DNA of 64,000 nt from Gammaproteobacteria bacterium (GTDB lineage: Bacteria; Pseudomonadota; Gammaproteobacteria; CAJXQU01), in the NCBI GenBank assembly GCA_026984775.1, contig JALSRM010000037.1, positions 49,604 to 113,603 on the forward strand. Reading direction: 5' to 3'. Position 1 is the stretch's first letter; each line of letters starts with the position of its first letter. Below are positions 20,851 to 29,301 of the stretch, piece after piece. Under the pieces are notes generated by a model that saw nothing but the letters and a program-made list of their open reading frames with translations, ran no database searches and was not told where the DNA came from. Both the position numbers and the translations under genes were made by a program.

Positions 20851-21057
20851 ATGAACATCGATCGCATGGTTTTTGCAATTGCTGGTACTTTTATACTAGT
20901 CAGTTTAGCCCTTTCACAGCTTCATTCGATCTATTGGTTGTGGTTTACAGCCTTCGTCGGGGCAAACATGTTGCAGGCAGCTTTTACAGGTTTCTGCCCG
21001 CTCGCAAAGATACTGGCTAAGTTGGGTATAAAGTCAGGCTGTGCCTTCCAAGAGTAA
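20851..21057 (+). CDS. DUF2892 (YgaP-like) small inner-membrane protein
   Basis: 68 aa with two TM helices and a conserved C-terminal Cys ([13 protein letters not shown]); this family commonly follows ArsR/BigR-type regulators. Confidence 0.6.
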   Translation: MNIDRMVFAIAGTFILVSLALSQLHSIYWLWFTAFVGANMLQAAFTGFCPLAKILAKLGIKSGCAFQE

Positions 21058-21067
21058 ACGAACATAG

Positions 21068-21628
21068 ATGAAACAAGCAGGACTTGTCTTTACCTTTCTA
21101 CTTTCACTGGCTGTTCAGGCGGAACCTGTGGTGAACTATGAGAAGGAAGCCGAAGCAGTGGCTGGCCAATTGCTCAAAGAATTGGGTTCTGCCTTAAAAA
21201 AACAGATTCAGGAAGGCGGGCCTGAACAGGCAGTAAAGGTATGTTCGGAACTGGCGCCCGAGATTGTAAACCGCCTTTCAATAGAGAAGGGTTGGAGAAT
21301 CACACGAGTAGGGACGCGTGTAAGAAACCCGCTACTTGGAACCCCCGACCGCTGGGAACAAGAAGCTCTTGCCTATTTTGAGCGACGCGCAGCCGGCGGA
21401 AACGATCTGAAAGATATGAGTTACTCAGAGATTGTCGAAGAGCCTGCTGGTCGCTATTTTCGGTACATGAAGCCTTTGGTGATCAAACCCTTGTGCATGA
21501 TTTGTCATGGTGAGGCTTCCCAGATTCCTGACACCATAAAGAAGACCTATCCTCATGACAGAGCAACTGGTTATCATGTCGGAGATTTGAGAGGTGGAAT
21601 TGTTATTAAACGACCATTGTCTGAATGA
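21068..21628 (+). CDS. Periplasmic DUF3365 (Tll0287-like) protein with c-type haem motif
   Basis: Signal peptide MKQAGLVFTFLLSLAVQA; a single CxxCH (CMICHG); size and pattern of DUF3365 haem sensor-like proteins. Confidence 0.55.
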   Translation: MKQAGLVFTFLLSLAVQAEPVVNYEKEAEAVAGQLLKELGSALKKQIQEGGPEQAVKVCSELAPEIVNRLSIEKGWRITRVGTRVRNPLLGTPDRWEQEALAYFERRAAGGNDLKDMSYSEIVEEPAGRYFRYMKPLVIKPLCMICHGEASQIPDTIKKTYPHDRATGYHVGDLRGGIVIKRPLSE

Positions 21629-21660
21629 CCTCCTTATGGATTTCATGTTGTCAGACACGT

Positions 21661-21684
21661 GGCCCCATATGGGGCCTTTTTTAT
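21661..21684 (+). terminator. Rho-independent terminator GGCCCCATATGGGGCC + TTTTTTAT
   Basis: GC-rich hairpin plus T-tract immediately after the DUF3365 stop. Confidence 0.8.
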
Positions 21685-21753
21685 GTAATGTTGGATGTTA
21701 TGATTTAGCCTGTATAGGAGTATGCGCTCGAAATTTAGTCTCTTTAAGAGGAT

Positions 21754-21779
21754 TCTATAGATCACATTTTTTCTATAGA
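21754..21779. promoter_or_regulatory. Two copies of the palindrome TCTATAGA spaced 18 bp centre-to-centre, about 90-115 bp upstream of the 21869 gene
   Basis: Read directly from the sequence: TCTATAGAtcacatttttTCTATAGA. Confidence 0.3.
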
Positions 21780-21868
21780 ATAATACTCTGAATAACAAGT
21801 AGATAAATTTATTAGTTGTAGTAAACTCTCATACGATTAAACAACGATAGCAAGGAAATCCTGAACGC

Positions 21869-22996
21869 ATGACCAATCCTGACGGGAAAAGGACGGTTCT
21901 TGTAAACCTGATCGGAATCGATCAACGCAACCGGAATGTTATCGAAATGGTCTTCGAACGGGAATTCGACAACTCTTTTTCCCTTGGGAATACAGGTTCA
22001 GCAGATCTGAGTATCGTCGATCTGGACAAATATGGTGCTGAAGAGGAATGGTCAGCACTGCAACAGGCAAAGTCTGATCAGCTTGCGGTTCTCATGTCGA
22101 TAGATGAAAAACACAGGTCGCCAAATCATCTTTTTATCAAAAAACCTGTAACGATTGCTGATCTGGTTACTGCACTCAACAAGGCAAGGAATAAACTCGT
22201 TACAGGGACTTTTACACCGGAAAAAAAACAATACTCTTGGCGAAATATTTTTACTCCTCGTCTCTCAATAAAGAAAAAGAGAAGTACAGGTTCTGAACAC
22301 AAGAAAGAATCAACGAAATCTGATGCCATCAGATACCTTAGTGAGAAAGGTTATCTGATTGATGAAGTCAAAAAAGCCGTATTACTAGCAAATACGGAAG
22401 GCCATGGTATCAAGCTGCAAATTAACAATCAGGGAAGTATTTTTATTGATCCGACTGAACATTGGATCAATACCGATTTAACCCCTGAAGGTTTGAAGGA
22501 CCTGTGCGAGAGACCGATCGAACGCTCAGATTTTATGAAGCGTGTTTTCAGTGATCGGGAGTTTTCGAAGTATCTCGAGGAGTGGCGAGATACTCGTCTG
22601 AAACCAATAGATATAGATGCCTTTCTCTGGGATCTGGCATTGTGGACATATGATGGTGCATTACCTGCGGGTACTGACCTGAAAAAGAAAATCGTTCTCA
22701 GCTACTGGCCTGATCTGCCCCGGTTTACGCCTGTTCCGAATGCCATGCGGATTGCTGCACTTTGGGTTTCATGCCCCATGACCTTGCTTGAGACCAGCGA
22801 GGTACTCAAGATTTCTATGGAAGATGTCATCCGTTTTTACACGGCTGTGTCAAGTCTGGGATTGATCAAGGACGGAAGTCAGAACGAGAATCCCGGTAAT
22901 CAGCCTGAACTGAGTAGAACAACCGTTAGATCAGAGAAAAACAAAAGAGAACTCTATCTCCGTATAATCAAATATCTCAAAGGGCAAAATTCCTGA
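21869..22996 (+). CDS. Hypothetical protein: N-terminal receiver (REC)-like domain plus C-terminal domain of unknown function with an HTH-like end (DUF742-like?)
   Basis: N-terminus resembles CheY-like receivers (hydrophobic strand TVLVNLIG, candidate acceptor Asp in LSIVDLDKYG, conserved K-P in LFIKKPVT); the C-terminus ...TLLETSEVLKISMEDVIRFYTAVSSLGLIKDG resembles a small wHTH; no confident family assignment. Confidence 0.5.
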   Translation: MTNPDGKRTVLVNLIGIDQRNRNVIEMVFEREFDNSFSLGNTGSADLSIVDLDKYGAEEEWSALQQAKSDQLAVLMSIDEKHRSPNHLFIKKPVTIADLVTALNKARNKLVTGTFTPEKKQYSWRNIFTPRLSIKKKRSTGSEHKKESTKSDAIRYLSEKGYLIDEVKKAVLLANTEGHGIKLQINNQGSIFIDPTEHWINTDLTPEGLKDLCERPIERSDFMKRVFSDREFSKYLEEWRDTRLKPIDIDAFLWDLALWTYDGALPAGTDLKKKIVLSYWPDLPRFTPVPNAMRIAALWVSCPMTLLETSEVLKISMEDVIRFYTAVSSLGLIKDGSQNENPGNQPELSRTTVRSEKNKRELYLRIIKYLKGQNS

Positions 22997-22998
22997 TA

Positions 22999-23958
22999 AT
23001 GGAAATAACAAAACAAAAATCGTTGCCCACTGATTCTCATCTCGATGATTACAGAATCCAGAAATGCATTTCAGTTTCAGACGAATTTGTTACCTATCTG
23101 GCCATTGATCAACAGCTGGAATTGCAACTAATTATTACGGAGTACTTTCCTAGTGAAATCGTCTATAGAATGGATAACGGTACTGTTCATGTGAAAGAGC
23201 CGAGGCGAATTGCTGAATTTTTGGATAAGCTCAATGAGCTTCATAAACGAGTTAAAGCGAGGGTGTCTCGAAATGACAAGGGAGTCGACAATGTTATTCG
23301 TTTTCTTTTTTTCAATGGAACTGCTTATGTTGTCTCAAAATACAGTACCCGAACGGATTTGGATCGTTATCTCTCGGAAATGAACCTGACGATCCAAGGT
23401 AGTGAGTTATCGGGGTGTACAGGTAAAGACTCATTATGTCAGAAGGTAACGATCGAAAACAGTATCGTCTTTACTGGTTTTGCACGAGCAGGCAAGTCAA
23501 CAGCGATCAGGTTACTGAGTGACGGTGACATGATCGATAAAGAATCAGGTCTGGCTTATGGGAAACTGGGGACCGGTAGTCTTGAGATCTATTTGTTGGA
23601 ACTGTCCGCTGATCATTTTGAAAACTGTTTGAAAGCTGAACCAATGGGTTACGTCTTGCTGATCGATAACAGCAGAAAGGATCCTTTTAATCACCTTGAT
23701 TATTTTCTTGACAAAATGGACGAACATCGACTGGAAAATGTCGTGATCGGCATCACACATACTGATCAATCCAGGATTCCATCGATCCCTGATTATCATC
23801 TTCATCTTGAAAACAGATCTATCAATTCACGCAGAATATGCCCTATCTTCTCTGTTGATCCACGGAACAGGTCCGATGTGACCATGCTCATCAAGGCACT
23901 TATTTACTCTCATGATCCACTTCTGTCAGACATTTTTTTTGAAGACACGATCCTTTGA
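22999..23958 (+). CDS. Hypothetical P-loop NTPase, small-GTPase-like C-terminal domain with N-terminal domain of unknown function
   Basis: Walker A GFARAGKST; then a hhhhD box (VLLIDNSR) and GITHTD resembling the [N/H/T]KxD G4 motif of MglA/Rag-type GTPases; the start is coupled 3 bp after the upstream stop. Confidence 0.5.
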   Translation: MEITKQKSLPTDSHLDDYRIQKCISVSDEFVTYLAIDQQLELQLIITEYFPSEIVYRMDNGTVHVKEPRRIAEFLDKLNELHKRVKARVSRNDKGVDNVIRFLFFNGTAYVVSKYSTRTDLDRYLSEMNLTIQGSELSGCTGKDSLCQKVTIENSIVFTGFARAGKSTAIRLLSDGDMIDKESGLAYGKLGTGSLEIYLLELSADHFENCLKAEPMGYVLLIDNSRKDPFNHLDYFLDKMDEHRLENVVIGITHTDQSRIPSIPDYHLHLENRSINSRRICPIFSVDPRNRSDVTMLIKALIYSHDPLLSDIFFEDTIL

Positions 23959-24058
23959 AAAATATTTTTCTTCAAAGAGTTAATTCCCGCTGATTGAAGT
24001 AATTTGTTTACCGGCCGATACAGGTTGCGATATGGATTGATTCCGGGGTTTTATTTCC

Positions 24059-24421
24059 ATGCGTGAAGACATGCTTGTTTCGATATTGAATGAATTGAAT
24101 GGATCGACTGTCGACATCCAGGGATCGGCCGTTATTTCTATTGACGGATTATTGATCGCCAGTGCATTACCGACGAGTTTTGACGAAGAAATGGTAAGCG
24201 CAATGACAGCGGCAATGTTGATGCTTGGGGAGAGGACCGCCAGAGAACTACAGCGTGGTGAACTTGAGCAGGTGATTGTCAAGGGCCGTCTGGGTTATGT
24301 GATCATGGTCCGATCTGGTCCGGAATCTGTTCTTTGTGTACTTGCCCGTCCTGATGCCAAATTGGGGCTCGTACTGCTGGATGCAGCACGAGCCGCCGAA
24401 GATATTCCAAAGGTATTATGA
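24059..24421 (+). CDS. Roadblock/LC7 (MglB-like) domain protein
   Basis: 120 aa; IQGSAVISIDGLLIAS...EEMVSAMTAAMLMLGERTA...GYVIMVRSGPESVLCVLARPDAKLGLVLLD fits the Roadblock/LC7 fold pattern closely. Confidence 0.7.
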   Translation: MREDMLVSILNELNGSTVDIQGSAVISIDGLLIASALPTSFDEEMVSAMTAAMLMLGERTARELQRGELEQVIVKGRLGYVIMVRSGPESVLCVLARPDAKLGLVLLDAARAAEDIPKVL

Positions 24422-24437
24422 TCCGTCAGATGGAGGA

Positions 24438-25712
24438 CTAACCACAGTCCAGTTTTGTTATCCCCAACAATTTCAGGAACTGCCGCTCATAGTAGGGATC
24501 TGTCTTCCCGGTTTTTACCTTCCGCAGATGATATTTCTCAAACATCACTTTTGCTGCATGAACCCATTTTCCCTGTTTTGCCCAGGTTACGTTTCGTGGA
24601 GGGATCTGTGGCATGGCGACAAAGGCAATACCTGAATCCCCCATATCTGCAAGGCAGATGGCGTTCCATGTTGCTGTGTGTGAAGGTTGTTTGCCATTTA
24701 GAAGTTCTGCAATATTTCCAACGGTTGCACACACCATGGATTCGATCATATACCCGGTTTTGGGCACACCCGTAGGCACAGGTGTTGTCTCGGGCGGGGC
24801 AATAGCAATGCAGACACCTGCAGCAAAAATATTGTCATACGTTGGATTCCGCTGGTATTCATCGACGATAATAAAACCTCTAGGATTGACCAGGCCTTCG
24901 ATACCCATGACTGCATCAATTCCGGTAAAGGCGGGCAGAATCATGGAATAGTTGAAAGGGAGTTCATGTTTTTTCTTTGTTTCACCATTGTCATCGACTT
25001 CGGTGATAAACATGGTATTTTCTTCAATTTTGTCGATTTTTGCGTTGGTAATCCAGTTGATATGTCGATCCCGGAGAACGCCTTCCAGTAAATCCTTTGA
25101 ATTGCCGACACCACCCAGTCCCAGATGGCCGATATAAGGCTCCGAGGTGACGAATGTCATCGGTACCTTGTGTCGTATTTTTTTCTTTCGTAATTCAGTA
25201 TCGGCAATGAAGGCATACTCATAAGCGGGGCCAAAGCAGGATGCAAGTTGGGCTGCTCCAACAATCATCGGCCCGGGGTTCTCAACAAATTTATCCCACT
25301 CTTTGGCTGCTTCTACTGCATGATCAACGTGGCAGATTGATTTCGTAAATCCGTCAGGCCCTAATCCTGGAATTTCATCGAAGGCCAGGCGTGGACCTGT
25401 TGTGATCGCGAGGTAGTCATAGGTGACCTCGGTGCCATCTTCCAGTTCTATACGGTTTTCATCTGGATGCAGGCGTTTCGCAGCTTTGGGGATGAAGTCA
25501 ATATTTTTCCTTTCGAGGTAGGGCTTTAATTCAACCTTGATGTTATCAGGTGTTCTCCAGTTAACGGCAACCCAAGGATTGGAAGGTACGAAGTGGAACG
25601 TAGGACTGTCTGAAATCAATGTCACCTGATCATTCGGTCCTGCCTTTTCACGCATTTCATAAGCGAGTGTTGTACCAGCGATTCCGCCCCCGAGAACGAT
25701 TATTTTTGCCAT
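24438..25712 (-). CDS. sqr: Sulfide:quinone oxidoreductase (FAD-dependent pyridine nucleotide-disulfide oxidoreductase family)
   Basis: N-terminal FAD fold IVLGGGIAGTT; about 425 aa; SQR-typical segments (VPSNPWV, the Cys-containing loop GVCIAIAPPETTPVPTGVPKTGYMIESM). Confidence 0.8.
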   Translation of the reverse strand: MAKIIVLGGGIAGTTLAYEMREKAGPNDQVTLISDSPTFHFVPSNPWVAVNWRTPDNIKVELKPYLERKNIDFIPKAAKRLHPDENRIELEDGTEVTYDYLAITTGPRLAFDEIPGLGPDGFTKSICHVDHAVEAAKEWDKFVENPGPMIVGAAQLASCFGPAYEYAFIADTELRKKKIRHKVPMTFVTSEPYIGHLGLGGVGNSKDLLEGVLRDRHINWITNAKIDKIEENTMFITEVDDNGETKKKHELPFNYSMILPAFTGIDAVMGIEGLVNPRGFIIVDEYQRNPTYDNIFAAGVCIAIAPPETTPVPTGVPKTGYMIESMVCATVGNIAELLNGKQPSHTATWNAICLADMGDSGIAFVAMPQIPPRNVTWAKQGKWVHAAKVMFEKYHLRKVKTGKTDPYYERQFLKLLGITKLDCG

Positions 25713-25792
25713 CTTCTGACCTCCAGGATTCCCATTTTTTAATGTAGTATTGTAGTGTAAATAAATTTGTTTGCATTCAATATAAGATAGTG

Positions 25793-25818
25793 CTAATATA
25801 AGAAAGATCTTATATTAG
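25793..25818. promoter_or_regulatory. 10-bp perfect inverted repeat CTAATATAAG-n6-CTTATATTAG in the sqr/MMPL divergent intergenic region
   Basis: Read directly from the sequence; shares the half-site TGCTAATAT with the palindrome at the arsR-family gene (20485-20494). Confidence 0.45.
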
Positions 25819-25832
25819 GAAAGGGTAACAGA

Positions 25833-28493
25833 ATGTCATCTAAAAAATCAAGCTGGTTAATCGATTGGGCTGTAGCGAGACCAAGATTTTTTACCTGGTT
25901 GATGGTGTTTTCCACATTTTTACTGATTATACTCGCAGCAGTGCCCAGTATCTGGCCGGAAAAGGTGCCTGCCTTACATAGCATCGAGGTTGATACCGAC
26001 CCGGAAAACATGCTCCCTGCAGATGAACCGGTCCGTCTCTTTCACAATGCTGCAAAGAAAGAATTTTCGCTCAATGACATTGTTGTGGTGGGAATTGTCA
26101 ACGATAAGCATCCAGAAGGTGTTTTCAATCCAGAATCATTACAACGGGTTTATGACCTGACTGAATTCGCAAAAACACTCCAGTGGTCTGATAAAGAAGG
26201 TAAACATGGTGTAGTCGAGATCGATATTATTGCGCCTTCCACGGTGGACAACATTGAGCAGGGAGGCATGGGTGTGGTCAATTTCAGTTGGTTGATGCCT
26301 CGACCACCCAAGACTCAGGAGGAAGCGCTTTCTATCCGTGAAAGAGCCATGAATATTCCTTTTCTGAAGGGAACCATGGTAAGCGAGGATGGCAAGGCAT
26401 TGGCTATCTATTTGCCCTTGGTAAGCAAGCATGATTCCTATGAAGTCCGCAAGGCATTACTGGGTTTTATAAAGGAGTGGGACGGTGATGAGCAGGTACA
26501 TATTACAGGACTACCTGTGGCTGAAGACACCTTCGGTGTCGAAATGTTTACCCAGATGGCAATCTCCGCCCCCCTTGCCATGCTTGTGATTTTTGTACTT
26601 CTGTGGTGGTTCTTCAGAAATTTGACACTGATTGTATCTCCCATGATCGTTGCCATGGTCAGCGCCCTTTCTACCATGGCCTTGCTGGTTATCACGGGTA
26701 ATACGATCCATATCATGAGTTCCATGATACCCATCTTTATCATGCCGATTGCCGTCCTTGACTCAATTCATATTCTCTCGGAGTTTTTTGATCGCTACCC
26801 TCAAATCAGGGATCGCAAGAAGACCATCATTGAGGTCATGAAGCATCTTTTTACACCGATGCTGTTTACCTCCGTGACAACAATGGCGGGTTTTGCGTCA
26901 CTGGCTTTAACTCCGATACCTCCTGTCCAAGTGTTTGGAATATTTGTTGCAATCGGAGTGTTCCTGGCCTGGTTCTGGACCATTGTCTTCATTCCTGCTT
27001 ATGTGATGCTGATGCCGGAGGCAAAGCTTGAAGGGTTTGGTCAATCTGTATCGGATAGTGGAGATACTACAGGCATGGCCAAATTTCTCCATGGACTTGG
27101 AAAATGGACACATGACCATCCTAAAACTGTTCTTGCAGTTACCTTTTTGTGTGTGCTTATTTCTGTCTATGGCATTAGCAGGATCCAGATTAATGATAAT
27201 CCAATCAAGTGGTTTGAGCCGGATCATCCTATCAGAGTCGCAGACAAGATCCTGAACGAACACTTTGGTGGAACCTATATTGCCTATTTGCAATACGAGG
27301 CAGACGATAAAGGACTTTCCGTGGACAGTTACATTACTGAATTGGAGCAACGCCTCGAGCAATGGAAAGCACAGGTATTGGCTGATGAATATGCTCAGGT
27401 GGAGGCTGTCTATACAAAAGCTGTTCAGCTTATGAAAGAAACCCAGGCCGAGTCCATCGAAGATTATCTGTCAAAGCTTCAAGGCAGGGTCAATGATCTC
27501 ATGGATCATGCTTCTGATGAAGAGTACGATACTTGGTCCGAGCTGGCATTATTCTTTGACCGAGAGGATCAAAGAAACGAGGTTTTCAAACAACCCGAGG
27601 TACTTCGATATCTCTCCAGGTTGCAGGACTTTCTTTTGCAGACTGGTGTCGTAGGCAAGGTCAATGCTTTACCCGATATCATCAAAACCGTACATCGTGA
27701 ACTGTTCCTTGGCGATGCTGATCATTTCCGTATTCCGGATAGTGTAAATGGTGTCGCGCAAACTCTGATTACTTATCAAAACAGTCATCGACCTCAGGAT
27801 TTGTGGCATTTCGTCACTCCAGATTACAAGAAAAGTAATCTGATGTTGCAACTCACCAGTGGTGACAACAAGGACATGGAAAAAGTTATTGCGGCAGTAG
27901 CAGATTTCGAAGAACAGAATCCGCCCCCAATGGCCTTGAAATCAAACTGGTTCGGACTTACTTATATCAATGTGATTTGGCAGGATCATATGGTACAAGG
28001 TATGCTGAAATCATTTATGGGCAGTTTCGTCATCGTTCTGTTAATGATGGTGTTCCTGTTCCGTTCAGCCTTGTTTGGTATTCTGTCCATGATCCCTCTG
28101 ACGGTAACGGTTGGCCTTATCTATGGTGTGATTGGCCTGATTGGAAAAGATTACGATATGCCTGTTGCCGTACTCAGCGCATTGAGTCTTGGGCTTGCGA
28201 TCGACTATGCGATTCATTTCCTTGCACGTTCACGGGAGGCTGTACGCGAAACCGGAAATTGGCACAATGCGGTAGATGTTGTCTTTGGTGAACCCGCTCG
28301 TGCGATCACAAGGAATGTGATCATACTTGGAGCTGGTTTTCTGCCATTGCTCGCCGCCCCGCTTGTGCCATATCAGACGGTAGGCTTTTTTATCGCTTCC
28401 ATACTGGTTTGTGCAGGTATTGCAACATTATTGATTTTACCTTCTGCCATGACATTACTTGAGAAGTATCTCTTTAGAGGAGAATTATCATGA
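25833..28493 (+). CDS. MMPL/RND-superfamily transporter (12 TM, two large periplasmic loops; HpnN/MmpL-like exporter)
   Basis: 886 aa with two hydrophobic bundles separated by soluble loops, an architecture typical of RND/MMPL; followed by LolA-like and outer-membrane-barrel genes. Confidence 0.75.
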   Translation: MSSKKSSWLIDWAVARPRFFTWLMVFSTFLLIILAAVPSIWPEKVPALHSIEVDTDPENMLPADEPVRLFHNAAKKEFSLNDIVVVGIVNDKHPEGVFNPESLQRVYDLTEFAKTLQWSDKEGKHGVVEIDIIAPSTVDNIEQGGMGVVNFSWLMPRPPKTQEEALSIRERAMNIPFLKGTMVSEDGKALAIYLPLVSKHDSYEVRKALLGFIKEWDGDEQVHITGLPVAEDTFGVEMFTQMAISAPLAMLVIFVLLWWFFRNLTLIVSPMIVAMVSALSTMALLVITGNTIHIMSSMIPIFIMPIAVLDSIHILSEFFDRYPQIRDRKKTIIEVMKHLFTPMLFTSVTTMAGFASLALTPIPPVQVFGIFVAIGVFLAWFWTIVFIPAYVMLMPEAKLEGFGQSVSDSGDTTGMAKFLHGLGKWTHDHPKTVLAVTFLCVLISVYGISRIQINDNPIKWFEPDHPIRVADKILNEHFGGTYIAYLQYEADDKGLSVDSYITELEQRLEQWKAQVLADEYAQVEAVYTKAVQLMKETQAESIEDYLSKLQGRVNDLMDHASDEEYDTWSELALFFDREDQRNEVFKQPEVLRYLSRLQDFLLQTGVVGKVNALPDIIKTVHRELFLGDADHFRIPDSVNGVAQTLITYQNSHRPQDLWHFVTPDYKKSNLMLQLTSGDNKDMEKVIAAVADFEEQNPPPMALKSNWFGLTYINVIWQDHMVQGMLKSFMGSFVIVLLMMVFLFRSALFGILSMIPLTVTVGLIYGVIGLIGKDYDMPVAVLSALSLGLAIDYAIHFLARSREAVRETGNWHNAVDVVFGEPARAITRNVIILGAGFLPLLAAPLVPYQTVGFFIASILVCAGIATLLILPSAMTLLEKYLFRGELS

Positions 28494-29299
28494 AACGATT
28501 AACAGTACTTTTGATATCACTGTTTTTGGCTGCCTCTGCCATTGCTGCAGATCCCACGATCGAAGAGATCGTGAACAGGGCAAATCTTGCAACTTACTAT
28601 CAAGGAAAGGATGGACGTGCGCATGTGAAAATGACTATTACGGATAGCCAGGGACGAAAACGTATGCGCAAGCTCACCATTCTGCGTTGGGATCAGCCCG
28701 ATACGGATGAGCTTGAAAATGGCGCTTATCGTGGAAAGCAGAAATTCTATGTCTACTTCTCGCGTCCTGCAGATGTCAACAAAATGGTATTCCTCGTTTG
28801 GAAGAATCTAGACAAGGATGACGATCGCTGGTTATATCTCCCAGCGCTTGATCTTGTTAAGCGAATAGCCGCTTCTGACAAACGAACGAGTTTTGTAGGG
28901 TCTGACTTCTTCTATGAAGATGTTTCCGGCCGTGATATTGATGAAGATGAGCATGAGCTGTTGAAGACAACGGATAAATATTTCGTTATCAAGAATACGC
29001 CAAAAGATCCATCTTCCGTTGAGTTTGCCTATTACATGATGTATATCCACAAAAAAACGTTCCTCCCGATCCAGGTGGAATACTACGATGCGCAGGATAA
29101 GAAATATCGTGTCGCTAAGGCATTGAAGGTGGAAAATATCCAAGGTCATCCAACCGTAACCAAGGCAAGTATGGAAAGCCTCAATCAAGGTAGCAAGACT
29201 GTAATGGAATACTCCTCAGTAAAATATGATACAGGGATTCCTGAAGATATTTTTACTGAAAGGTATTTACGAAAACCGCCTAGAAAATATCTTAAATAA
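28490..29299 (+). CDS. Outer-membrane lipoprotein-sorting (LolA-like, DUF1329-type) periplasmic protein
   Basis: Signal peptide MKRLTVLLISLFLAASAIA; 4-bp overlap with the MMPL gene; this family commonly accompanies MMPL transporters. Confidence 0.65.
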   Translation: MKRLTVLLISLFLAASAIAADPTIEEIVNRANLATYYQGKDGRAHVKMTITDSQGRKRMRKLTILRWDQPDTDELENGAYRGKQKFYVYFSRPADVNKMVFLVWKNLDKDDDRWLYLPALDLVKRIAASDKRTSFVGSDFFYEDVSGRDIDEDEHELLKTTDKYFVIKNTPKDPSSVEFAYYMMYIHKKTFLPIQVEYYDAQDKKYRVAKALKVENIQGHPTVTKASMESLNQGSKTVMEYSSVKYDTGIPEDIFTERYLRKPPRKYLK

Positions 29300-29301
29300 C
29301 C

